Source of the DNA: Candidatus Omnitrophota bacterium
Lineage (GTDB): Bacteria > Omnitrophota > Gorgyraeia > Gygaellales > Profunditerraquicolaceae
DNA: 64,000 bases
Assembly (NCBI GenBank): GCA_023227985.1
Contig: JALOCB010000001.1
Span: 1,431 to 65,430, forward strand
Direction: 5' to 3'
Shown here piece by piece: positions 36,519 to 46,900 of the stretch. Under the pieces are notes generated by a model that worked only from the letters and a program-made list of their open reading frames with translations, was not told where the DNA came from and did not search any database. How positions within the stretch are numbered: the first letter of the stretch is position 1; the number at the start of each line of letters is the position of its first letter. A program made the translations under genes and the position numbers.

Positions 36519-36590
36519 TGCGCCTGACAGGAGTTGAACCTGTACCACTAGCTCCGGAGGCTAGTGCCCTATCCATTGGGCCACAGGCGC
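36519..36590 (-). tRNA. tRNA-Arg (anticodon CCG)
   Basis: Manual cloverleaf: acceptor GCGCCTG/CAGGCGC, anticodon stem CTAGC/GCTAG, loop CTCCGGA, T-arm ACAGG-TTCAACT-CCTGT. Confidence 0.8.
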
Positions 36591-36618
36591 ATTAATGCAG
36601 TACATTGCGGAGAATAAC

Positions 36619-36646
36619 ACTATACCACAATTCACCCGGCATTGAA
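36619..36646 (-). promoter_or_regulatory. Candidate sigma70-type promoter with extended -10 (TTCAAT - 16 nt - TGg TATAGT) ahead of tRNA-Arg
   Basis: The - strand reads ttcaatgccgggtgaattgtggtatagtg, ~25 nt upstream of the tRNA 5' end. Confidence 0.35.
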
Positions 36647-36670
36647 AAGAACAAATTTCGATTATTTTGA

Positions 36671-37918
36671 TTAGAATAAACTCAATTGCTGCTCGGTTCC
36701 ACCAGCCGCCGGACCGGAAGCGTTGTTTTTCTTAACCGAGATTATCCCATATTCACCATCATACCCCGGTTGGGCATTAACCTGACCCAGGCGCATTTTT
36801 ATTATATTCTCAGCCAAAGGCCGGAACATCCCTTGGCGCAATTCCTCGTCCTTTAAATATAAAAGTATATTGAATTCAGTCCCGAACTTGGCTAAAAGCC
36901 CCATATATTCTCTTTCTACTGCCACTGAACCCTTTTTGACCCCCTTAACATCGGCTATGATCTCATCTAAAGGAATCAGACTCTTGAACGGAATCGCATT
37001 ATCCGGCGTAAGCCCTTCACGCCTGTCCGCCAGGCAATCTACGCGGTTAAGCACGCCAACAGTCAGCGGTTTATTACATTTCGGGCATATGCCTTTATGT
37101 TCTTTGGTCTCTTTGGGCGAAAAACAAACCCCGCAGTTGCGATGACCGTCAAAATGGTACTTACCCTCTTCAGGAAAAAATTCAATAGTATACAAAAACC
37201 TCTTCTTATCTTTGGTTTTGAGGACTTCCCGGATGGTCGTGTAATCCATCTCGCAGTCGAACACATTGGCTTCACGGCCGATCTTTTGCGGGCTGTGGCT
37301 GTCGGAATTGGAGATAAGGGTAAACCTGTCCAACGCGGACAGCCTCCAATTCATTGCCGGATCGCTGGAAAGCCCGGTCTCCAAAGCGAATATCTTAGAC
37401 GTCTGTTCTTCAAAGCAATCCTCGATCCGGTCAAAGCCGGACATCGAGCCGAACAAAGAAAACCAAGGGGTCCATATATGCCCGGGGACGACCATACAGT
37501 TCTCGTCTATATCAAAGACGATCTTGGCTAATTCGCTGGCGTCCACTCCCAATATCGGCCGGCCGTCTGAGGCCAGATTACCCCTGCGACCCAAGGCCTC
37601 ATTGATCTTGTCAACGGTCTTAAATGACGGCGCGAAAATAAGGTTGTGTATCCTGTATACCCTGCCGTTCTTGGAATATATACTGCTGATCTCGGCGGTG
37701 AGGATAAAATAAATATCTTTATGCTTAAAAAGACCGTTGCCCAGGTCTTCCAGATTTTGCTTCAATTCCTCCAGCCATAAATGATGGGTGAAATCGCCTG
37801 TGCCCATCAAGGTGATACCCTTCAATTTGGCCCATTCAGCCAAATGCCGGACATCCATATTCTTGGAGGTCGCCCGGGAGTATTTTGAATGAATATGAAA
37901 ATCCGCGATAAATTTCAT
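36671..37918 (-). CDS. PHP-domain endonuclease Q-like protein (TIGR00375 family)
   Basis: N-terminal DFHIHSKYSRATSKNM (PHP metal-binding His motif, cf. archaeal EndoQ). C-terminal zinc-finger-like CPKCNKPL / C..C pair. 415 aa matches EndoQ size. Assignment from remembered motifs. Confidence 0.55.
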   Translation of the reverse strand: MKFIADFHIHSKYSRATSKNMDVRHLAEWAKLKGITLMGTGDFTHHLWLEELKQNLEDLGNGLFKHKDIYFILTAEISSIYSKNGRVYRIHNLIFAPSFKTVDKINEALGRRGNLASDGRPILGVDASELAKIVFDIDENCMVVPGHIWTPWFSLFGSMSGFDRIEDCFEEQTSKIFALETGLSSDPAMNWRLSALDRFTLISNSDSHSPQKIGREANVFDCEMDYTTIREVLKTKDKKRFLYTIEFFPEEGKYHFDGHRNCGVCFSPKETKEHKGICPKCNKPLTVGVLNRVDCLADRREGLTPDNAIPFKSLIPLDEIIADVKGVKKGSVAVEREYMGLLAKFGTEFNILLYLKDEELRQGMFRPLAENIIKMRLGQVNAQPGYDGEYGIISVKKNNASGPAAGGTEQQLSLF

Positions 37919-39195
37919 TGCCCCGCCTTATACGCTATTTTACCGGCGCAAATAGTATATTCCACCAGCCCTTTAAGCTTCATCCCGATAAAAGGCGAAT
38001 TCTTGGATTTAGAAACGAACCCTCCTTTTTCCACGATCCATTCTTTATCCGGGTCGATTATAACGATATCCGCCGCCTTACCGGTGGTCAATGAACCTTT
38101 ATCTATACCCAGGATACGGCTGGGATTAACGCTCATCCTAACCACCAGATCAGACCAATCTAATACGCCTTTGCCGATCAATTCGGTCACGCTGACGGCT
38201 AATTCGGTTTCCAGTCCGGTCGCCCCGAACTCCGCCCGGTCGAATTCAATCTCTTTTTCGCTTACCGTATGCGGCGCGTGGTCAGAAGAAATAGCATCAA
38301 GGATGCCTTTTTTCAATCCCTGGATTATAGCGTCCTTATCCTTCCTGCTTCTTAACGGCGGGTTCATCTTCATATTAGTATCATATCCCCGGGCAGCTTC
38401 TTCGGTCAGGGTGAAATAATGCGGGCAGGTTTCCGCGCTGACCTTTACGCCCTTCTTCTTGGCCTTAGCGATGATCTCTACTGACTCAGCGCAACTGACA
38501 TGCGCGATATGTATCGTGCATTTTGTCTTTTCTGCAAGCTGTATATCCCTCTGCACCCTTTTATATTCCGATTCGTTTGAAATACCCCTTAACCCCAGCC
38601 GGGTAGAAACAGCGCCCTGGTTAACCACCCCCGAAGCTGAAAGAGCCTTATCCTCGCTATGACAAATAACCAATACCCTCGCCTCTTTGGCTTTTTTCAT
38701 CGCTTTAAAAAATACCTCGCGAGATTCCACGGACGAGCCGTCATCGGAAACAGCGATCACCCCTTCTTTCTTTAACTTCGCGGCATCCGTGATCTCTTCC
38801 CCTATCCTCGCCCGGGTGATCGCGGCAGCGATCAAAACATTAGCGCGGGCGGTTTCTCTGATGATATCTTTCAACAAGTTAACGTTCTCTATGGAGTCAA
38901 TCGCCGGCTGAGTATTGGGCATCGCCAGGATAGTGGTAAATCCGCCCTTGAGCGCGGCCATGGTCCCGGTTAAAACCGTTTCTTTATCCTCTCTGCCGGG
39001 CTCGCGCAGATGCACGTGCATATCAATTAATCCCGGGGCGACGATCTTACCCGAGGCGTCGATCGTCTCGTCCGCCGCAAAGGTTATATCCTTGGCCACC
39101 TTCGATATCCTGGCTCCTTCCACCAATATATCCCGGATATCGTCTAAATTATTCGCCGGATCAACAACCCGTCCGTTCTTAATCAGTATTTTCAT
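37915..39195 (-). CDS. pyrC: Dihydroorotase
   Basis: APGLIDMHVHLREPG metal-binding motif. 426 aa. Confidence 0.85.
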   Translation of the reverse strand: MKILIKNGRVVDPANNLDDIRDILVEGARISKVAKDITFAADETIDASGKIVAPGLIDMHVHLREPGREDKETVLTGTMAALKGGFTTILAMPNTQPAIDSIENVNLLKDIIRETARANVLIAAAITRARIGEEITDAAKLKKEGVIAVSDDGSSVESREVFFKAMKKAKEARVLVICHSEDKALSASGVVNQGAVSTRLGLRGISNESEYKRVQRDIQLAEKTKCTIHIAHVSCAESVEIIAKAKKKGVKVSAETCPHYFTLTEEAARGYDTNMKMNPPLRSRKDKDAIIQGLKKGILDAISSDHAPHTVSEKEIEFDRAEFGATGLETELAVSVTELIGKGVLDWSDLVVRMSVNPSRILGIDKGSLTTGKAADIVIIDPDKEWIVEKGGFVSKSKNSPFIGMKLKGLVEYTICAGKIAYKAGQ

Positions 39196-40135
39196 TTTTT
39201 ATATCGTGTGCCTGGGAGACCAGGAAAAGCACAGCCATGCGCACAGCGATACCGTTAGTCACCTGCTCCAGTATTACCGACTGCGGGCAGTCCGCTACTT
39301 CGCTGGACATCTCTATCCCCCGGTTTATCGGTCCGGGGTGCATTACTATAATATTTTTCTTGGCTTTAGCCAGCCGCTCCTCAGTGATCCCGAATTTCTT
39401 GAAATATTCCATCTGTTTAGGGAAGGCGTTCTGCTCGTCCCGCTCGAACTGCATCCTTAACACGTTGACGGCATCGGCATTCTTTAGGGCCTCGTCTATA
39501 TTGCTGGTCACTGCCGCGCCCATCTCTTCTATGCCCGGGGGGATAAGCATCCTGGGAGCGCAGACCGTAACCTTGGCGCCCAGTTTGGTCAATCCCCAGA
39601 TATTCGAGCGGGCGACGCGCGAATGCGCGATATCTCCGACAATGCTCACGTTCAACCCCTCGATCCTTCCTAATTTTTCCCTCAAGGTGAATATATCCAA
39701 CAGCGCCTGCGTAGGATGCTCATGCCAGCCGTCACCGGCGTTAACCACGCTGATCCCCAGACTTTTGGCCAGCATCATCGCCGCGCCGGAATAACTATGG
39801 CGGATGACGATTATATCGGCTTTCAACGCCTCGATGTTTTTCCCGGTATCGATCAGGGTCTCGCCTTTTTTAACGCTGGATGTTTCAGTGGATATATTGA
39901 TCACGTCGGCGGAAAGCCTTTTGGCGGCCAGCTCAAAAGAAATGCGGGTGCGGGTAGAAGGTTCATAGAAGAGGTTAACCACTGTCTTTCCGCGCAAGGC
40001 AGGGACTTTCTTGATCTCGCGGGTAGTCACCTCCTTAAAAGAATCGGCGGTATTTAAAATAAACTCGATCTCTTCCCTGGTCAGATATTCCAGTCCGAGC
40101 AGGTCTTTTTTATTCCAGATCGCGGCTTCAATCAT
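39179..40135 (-). CDS. pyrB: Aspartate carbamoyltransferase catalytic subunit
   Basis: [11 protein letters not shown] (STRTR carbamoyl-phosphate motif), HPGP. Confidence 0.9.
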   Translation of the reverse strand: MIEAAIWNKKDLLGLEYLTREEIEFILNTADSFKEVTTREIKKVPALRGKTVVNLFYEPSTRTRISFELAAKRLSADVINISTETSSVKKGETLIDTGKNIEALKADIIVIRHSYSGAAMMLAKSLGISVVNAGDGWHEHPTQALLDIFTLREKLGRIEGLNVSIVGDIAHSRVARSNIWGLTKLGAKVTVCAPRMLIPPGIEEMGAAVTSNIDEALKNADAVNVLRMQFERDEQNAFPKQMEYFKKFGITEERLAKAKKNIIVMHPGPINRGIEMSSEVADCPQSVILEQVTNGIAVRMAVLFLVSQAHDIKNENTD

Positions 40136-40670
40136 TTTTCTCCACTATCGCCACTTCATCCTGTGCGTCCATCTCGGTCAAGCGGACTTCAACTGTCTCA
40201 TTTTTCGCCGTGGGGATGTTTTTTCCGATATAATCCGGGCGGATCGGCAACTCCCTGTGGCCGCGGTCGATCAAGACAGCCAGTTGTATGCTTTTGGGCC
40301 TGCCCAAGTCGATCAACGCGTCCAGGGCCGCCCGGATGGTCCTGCCGGAATAAAGGACATCGTCTACCAGGACGACATTCTTATCGGTTATATCAAACCC
40401 TATCTCGGTCTTATGCACTACCGGCTGGGAGGCGATCAGCGTCAGGTCGTCGCGGTAAAGAGTAATATCCAGGCTGCCTACAGCCGCTTCTTTGTCTTCT
40501 ATCTTCTTTATGCTCTGGGCGATCCGGTTAGCCAGATAAACCCCCCGGGTCCTTATACCCACCAGGCAAAGGCTCTCCGTCCCCTTATTTCTTTCCAGGA
40601 TCTCGTGGGAGATCCGCACGATTGCCCGGGTGATCGCGTCCTTATCCAAAACCTTCGCTTTTTCTTTCAT
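40128..40670 (-). CDS. pyrR: Bifunctional pyrimidine operon regulator / uracil phosphoribosyltransferase
   Basis: [20 protein letters not shown] (PRTase PRPP motif). 180 aa. Confidence 0.85.
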   Translation of the reverse strand: MKEKAKVLDKDAITRAIVRISHEILERNKGTESLCLVGIRTRGVYLANRIAQSIKKIEDKEAAVGSLDITLYRDDLTLIASQPVVHKTEIGFDITDKNVVLVDDVLYSGRTIRAALDALIDLGRPKSIQLAVLIDRGHRELPIRPDYIGKNIPTAKNETVEVRLTEMDAQDEVAIVEKND

Positions 40671-40690
40671 AAGTTATCTGTTTGATTTAT

Positions 40691-40710
40691 CCCGGCCTCT
40701 CAGCGCTTCG
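40691..40710 (-). promoter_or_regulatory. Second PyrR-box-like motif (GCUGAGAGGCCGGG) ~20 nt upstream of the pyrR start
   Basis: The - strand reads cgaagcgctgagaggccggg. Shares the GAGAGGC core with the upstream binding loop. Confidence 0.4.
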
Positions 40711-40833
40711 AAAATTTTCAAGGTTAACCGCCAGAAATTTTCTCGCAGCTGCCGGGATTATTTCGCAGCCGGCTATCGCCTATAACTTACGTCCCAAACC
40801 TTTAGAGCAAACATTCCGTAAGTTATCTGCTCA

Positions 40834-40870
40834 ATAAAAAAACCAACTTCCTCATCTCGAGTCAGTTGGC
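40834..40870 (-). terminator. Attenuator terminator hairpin of the pyr leader (gccaacu...aguugg + U7)
   Basis: The - strand reads gccaactgactcgagatgaggaagttggtttttttatt. Confidence 0.6.
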
Positions 40871-40905
40871 ATTCCCGTTATTGTTGGTGTTTAGTTTCAT
40901 ATTTC

Positions 40906-40934
40906 CAGCCTTGCCGGCCTCTCAGGGCCAGGCT
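40906..40934 (-). promoter_or_regulatory. PyrR-binding loop (anti-antiterminator) of the pyr attenuator
   Basis: The - strand reads gcctggcccUGAGAGGCCGGCAAGGcugg, matching the Bacillus-type PyrR box consensus ...NGAGAGGCNNGCAAGG.... Confidence 0.6.
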
Positions 40935-40958
40935 TAAAGGTCCTTTCTGATTAGTAAG

Positions 40959-40988
40959 AATATACCATCCAAACACCCCCTTGTCAAG
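40959..40988 (-). promoter_or_regulatory. pyr operon promoter: -35 TTGACA, 17-nt spacer, -10 TATATT
   Basis: The - strand reads ttgacaagggggtgtttggatggtatatt, directly upstream of the PyrR binding loop. Confidence 0.55.
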
Positions 40989-40990
40989 AA

Positions 40991-43900
40991 TTAATTAGCC
41001 GCGGACAGCTCCAGGAATTCCAGCATTTCCAGCAATTGCGGATCTGTGGCTTGCGCGTCAGCCTCTTCCATTCTGAGCATATCCGCTATACAGGAAGCCA
41101 GCTGGCCGGAACTTTGTTTCAAATACTGTTTCTGATAACACAGTCTAATATTGTTCTTCAAACGGTCTAAAGAAGGAATGTTCTCTGACTCTATCAGCCG
41201 CCTTATCTCCTCCAGATCCTTAGTCAATTTCAGGATGTCCTCTTTAGTAGCCTGCTTATCAATCAGCATATTATCCATGAACCCTGCCGGGATCGATCCT
41301 GCCGCCTGCCGGATATTTATCGGCAACCCGCGAAAATCTACGCCGCCCTTACCACCGTCATCATTAATTACACTTTCTTCGCCTGACAAACTATACTTAT
41401 GCTTTGCCTGCAGTTTTTCTATCCCATCTTTGGCCTGCCAGAAATTAGGATGGTTTTGCCAAATATCGGTGAGCTGTTTTATTGCCCCTGGATCCCCCAA
41501 TTCTACAAGGGCGTTTATAACCGCGGAAGCGACCTGATATCTCTCCCTGGCGGCATTCTCACCCCGGGCTATTTCCTCTCTCAATTTCTCTAACAAAGGA
41601 TCGACCGCCCGAAGATCGCCAAATTTGCCTAACGCGAGCGCAGCCCAAACAGAAATCCAGAAATTATCATGCCTTAAACATTCCACGAGCACCTGAAATT
41701 TTTGTTCATCCGGGATACTAAGATTCAATATACCATCTATTGCCCCCTGGGCACTCTCCCATCTGACGATTTTAGGACTTAATAAACCTACTTTAGCCAG
41801 GATGTCTTTGATATCCCCGCCATTCTCTAAACCTCCGTCAGGGATAACCCGTACAGCCGGATTGCCTTTCAGGCCCCAAAAAAACGAGGGGGGCAAGAAA
41901 TTCGCCCTTTCCAGGTCTTCCTTTATTATGCCGGTCATATCAAAAACCGCGTTACTCCCGGTGTTGAATATCACCGACCTTTTATAATCCGTGGTCAAAT
42001 TATGTTCAACCATGCCTTGAGGCCAGAGAGAAAAATACGCACGCACTTTTGTTATAAGCTCCCTGTCCCGATTCAATCCGCCGACAATATTCACTTTTAG
42101 TTTATCGGCGTCTTTAACCCCGAACTCGTCTATCATTTGGCTAACAACTTTTTTTATCGTCTCCGCCATATCCAGGTCATTAGTTAAATGAATCAGCGCC
42201 CCGGTCCCGGTATCCTGATCCCACAGGGATACTGCTACGCAGGTATACAAACCGTAGGTTTTAAGCTTCCCTCCGGCCAGAATGGCGTAATGAGCCTCAG
42301 GGACAATAACAGCATCTTTCGTATCCGTGTTGTCGGCTTTAACCTCGAGGACGGCAAGAGGCAAACTCAACACCGCTTCAGTATGACCGTTCTTGAAAAC
42401 AAGGCTGCGCTGTGCTGCGATATTATCTTTATACCTGCGCTTGTTAATAGTCGCCGCGATATTATCTGCTATCCTTAGCCCCATCTGCCCGCTTCCCGTA
42501 TACAGATCCGGATTTTTCCCCTTTTCTTCGCTAATAGCCGAATATCTTCCAGCGCCGTTATCCTTAACGACGATCTCCAGGCTGCCGCCCGCATTCCCGA
42601 AGTCTTTTATTCCCACCGTTACAGTTATTTCCCCCCTATAACTACCTGGCCTGCGTTTTGAAACCAGCAGGTTATGATCATAATAAGACATGACCGCATC
42701 GAAAGCGTTATTTATCAGTTCTTTCACGGCGAAACCGGCATCATAAAAACTATCCCTCTGATGCAAGCGGTATCCTTCGGCTATTGTTATCGGCAGGCTT
42801 TCAATGAAACCCTTACGTTGTTTAGCGTAGTTTTCTTTCCATTCGCCGTAATTACTATACCCGCGGGCAAAATCAGGGAATACTATCTTAAACGTTTTAG
42901 GGTAATTCTGCAATGCCGTTCTTATTCTCTCCGCTCTCGGGTCAGGCTTATTGCTGAAGGCCCCGCTTCCCCCGTCAGATATTGTTTGTTTGTTTTTTCG
43001 GCGATTATTGACAATCTCATTCAACTCTTTTTCCTTAGGGATAATTCCCGTAAAGGACTTGATGTTTTTCCAGCTAATATCAGAACCATCCAGCACCCGG
43101 TCAGGAACAAAATAATCATTAAACAGTTTTAAGGCTATTTTGCTTGCGCAATCGATATTTATGGGCCTGCCGCCGAATTCTTTGCTTAAAACCCTGACAA
43201 AATCCCCGTATACGGAAGAGACCCACCCTTTTCCCCTCAAATCCCCATAAAGGCCTTGCAAGTCTATGGAAATATCCGGGTCGCTTACTATTTCATTCTC
43301 CTTCGGATCCCACCTGTTGGCTGTTTGACTGAACTCCCACAAGAATAGGATATCCCCGTTGCCTTTTGCCACATCTTCTTCGGGGTGTATACTATAAGCT
43401 GTCTCCAACAAACGCTCGTTCATCAAGGCCGATTTTCTGGCCACCACTATCCTGTAGACCTGGTCCATTACGGCGTATCTTACCAAACCGCCACCGGAAT
43501 ATCCCTGGCTGGGCAAAACAATATCCCCTTTAGGATGTTCAACAACGCCGTTATCCCGGACTACGGCATAAACATAGTCATCATCGGACACGGTTGAAAG
43601 GCCGGCTAATTTCTCTTTCCAGTTGGAGTTGATCTGTAGCGGCCACGCCCCATCCATCATATCCACATACCCGTTAATCTCATTTAAAACAGCCAGGCCT
43701 TTGCCTTTATTCCGTTTCCGGAATTCTTCATGTAATTTCCCCAGCCATTCCGGGGCAGCCAATTCGTCCAACTGCGCAGGAAGAATCTCCTGCCTACCGC
43801 CATCATATTTCAGCCTGTCGGCAGAGGAAAAATAAACATGCCTATCGGTTGATCCAAAACCCCCGGTTAAACCGAAAACTTGACCAGGGGTTAATTTTAT

Positions 43901-46900
43901 TGACCGGGGAAGAAGCAGCCATATCGGGTAAAGATTATCGGCAATAATTGAGGCATTGCTCTTCTTAGCCCAACCCAGGATTGCGGAGGTTTTTTCATAC
44001 TCAAAAACCTCCGAATCAGGAGAAAACATATCATAAGCGGCCTTGACCATCAGGGTATTGAATCTCAGCTTATCCATAAAACGCATAAACTCCGGCTTAT
44101 ACGCATTAATATCCTGTTGAATATACCAGAATCTCTTGACCTGCGCCGGATTCTTGGGATCGATGAATTCAATTACGGCGTTATTGCAGTCTTCTGCATT
44201 CCTCGTTTGCTCTTTATCGAAAAATTGAAGCGAGCCGTCCTTTTTAATGTGGAAATAATACACCCCTTTTATCCGCGCCTGAAGCCCGCAGATTATTCTT
44301 TCCAGGGCAATACTGCCTATCCCGGATAAATTGTATTCGCTGAGATTATACCCGGAATCAGAACCTATCAGGTAATACCTTTGCAGTATCGAATAATTGA
44401 CCGGGGTAAATAGTTTATCCTCCGTGCCGAAGCTTCTCTGGTCAACTATTATAAGATCGTTCACCCCGTTTATCCCTCGTTTCAAACCGAAGAGAAGAAC
44501 ATCTATCCCCCCGGCGAAGGAGACCATTACCGGCCCGATATTTATTACCGGCTCATCGCTTCCGGAACTCCGCTCCATTTTATCCGCTATTTTTTCGTAT
44601 CCTTCCAGCAGCCTGGGAGTGGATTTATAATACTGTTGCCTTTGCTGTAAAACTGCCCGGCTGAATTTATCTAACCGGATAGGATCAACAGCATTAAACG
44701 CACCTGCGGGAACACCCAAGACGCCGCCGTCTTTACCCCCCGGGGGTGCGCCGGGATCACTTTCAAGCCGCGCGCCATCCAAATCAAGAAACTTCTCTAT
44801 AGCCTCGGCTATATCCGGCCGGGATGTTTTTTCATAGGCCTTCCGTAAGAATTCTATGCCGTCATTATAACCTAACCCTTTTACAATACCGTTTAAGATC
44901 GCCTGCCGGAACTGTTCCAGATGCATAGGATTATATATCCGGTCGAGTTGATAGACAATTGTCCCGGCGAACATCCTGAAATCGGAAGAAGAGGTGAGCC
45001 CCAAATCGATTACCGCCAGGGTCCCATCGCTGCGAAGCATAATATTCTCATCGTGAGAATCCGTGACAAAAACACCTAACACCTTGTATATATTCAACCA
45101 CGCAGCCGCTATATTTTCCAGATCCCTTGTAGTAAGCTGATTATTTTTATTTTTTTCGGCGATCATTGGCCCGTCTATCCATTCCTGCAGATAATAGGTA
45201 ACTCCGCCCAGGCGTGTCACACCGCTATCGTATTGCGCCGGGACCAATGTCTGAGGAGCGCCAAACATCTTTGCCTTCCTTATAAACTCCAGTTTCTTTT
45301 CCAGTTCTTCGGCAAAAGACCTGTTGTTTTCTTGCGGTTCTTCATATTCATCTTCCATCCCGGGCAACAATGGGGTCAATGCGATCAGGCAAATATTTAT
45401 TACTTGCGGCAGTCCCTGTTCTTGAAGCCGGGTTTGTTCCTCGATTGGCACCCCTTCTAAAAACGCCAGCTGCGCGGAAACCTTAAAAATAGTTTTAATC
45501 CCCCCATTGACTTTATACGCGATACGTATCTTTTCGATTTTAACTTTGTCCGCCACCGAACCGCCCATTCGGTTTTTTAGGATAGTAAAAAAACTTTTCC
45601 CGAGATGCCCTGTCAATTCCGCCTTATAATTGGTAAACAAAGCCGCATACTCCTGCTTATTACCGGGATCATAAATCGCCTTATCTTTATACCCGGACAG
45701 GTCAAAAGTTAATTCTATGTTCTTAAAAGAAGGGGGGGCGCCCGTATTTGGCTGGTCTTTGGCTGATAAACCAACTGGTTTTGGCTGTGGCGCCCCTTCT
45801 TCTATTTGAATACTCGGGCTTACTGCGCTGAAGTCAGCAGTTATATCAAAACGAGCCAAATATTTGCTTTGTCTATATAGATCGTCGGCCGCTACGCGGC
45901 TTTCTATGATCTTTTTACCGGCGAGATCACCCCAGGCAACACCGCCCGAAAAATAGCTCCTTATTGTCTGGCCATAGACCGTATTCCGGGTCTCTTGGAT
46001 ATTGTATTCCCCGTCTTTGAAGGATTTCTGATAGGCCTTGAAATAAGCATCTTTGTCCCAGGCGGTCTTTGAGGTGAGGTTAGTAAGGTCTTTTGAGTCT
46101 ATCCTTCCGGAATAAATCCCATTATTCCCCTGATACTTAATCTTGAACCACTGCGCCAATATCAGCGAGTAATATACCTGCCGCAAGGGCGCGTATCTCT
46201 TGCTGGAATTTATCTCTTTAGTCAGCTTCGGGATGATCGTTTCCCTGATTATCCGGCTGGAGTATTCATTAAGCTCTTTTGATCTTTCATCCGGGAAGTT
46301 ATAGCTTGAGTTATTCTTTAAGTAGTCCTGCTCAAGCATTACCTTCAAGGTAGCCTTGTAGATATACGCGCTGCCTTGCGATTCCCTCACAATGATTTCA
46401 TCGGGCACGATCCACGGCCGGGTCAAGGTCGGGATGGTGATATTCTCTGATCCGTAAAGCGATTCGGCCTTCTGGTACAGCTTATCCCAATATGCCTTAC
46501 CGGCCGGGGTCTTAGGCGAAGTGGCTGCGGCAGTGTCTTTTTTAAGTTGCACGTCCGCCTCGAGCAGAATTTTGCCTACGTCTGTCCGGCCCAGATCATC
46601 ATTGATCATTTCATCCGGGGAATCCGGCCTTAAATTTACCCAGAAATCCTCGTTCGGCAGGCTTAAGCCCACGAAGAAGTATTTCATCAGTTCGCTGGTG
46701 GTATCTTTTAACTGCTCCGGACGGGACTCTTTGCTATTGCCTTTATCCAGAAGCAGCCTGAAGTTACCGTTCAAGTTGTCATACGACAGATACCTCAGGT
46801 GCAGCGGGCGGTATTTCTCCGGCAGTATGCTCTTTGCCAGGCTGCCCACCATACCGGAGAGGTCGATCGCTGAGGATACCTGCGCAAAGCCTGCCTGTTC

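Noticed and set aside
40671-40832. Repeated aagttatctg (40671-40680 and 40821-30) as a regulatory direct repeat
   Set aside because: Only two 10-nt copies. They could be coincidental within the pyr leader. They are subsumed under the PyrR attenuator finding.
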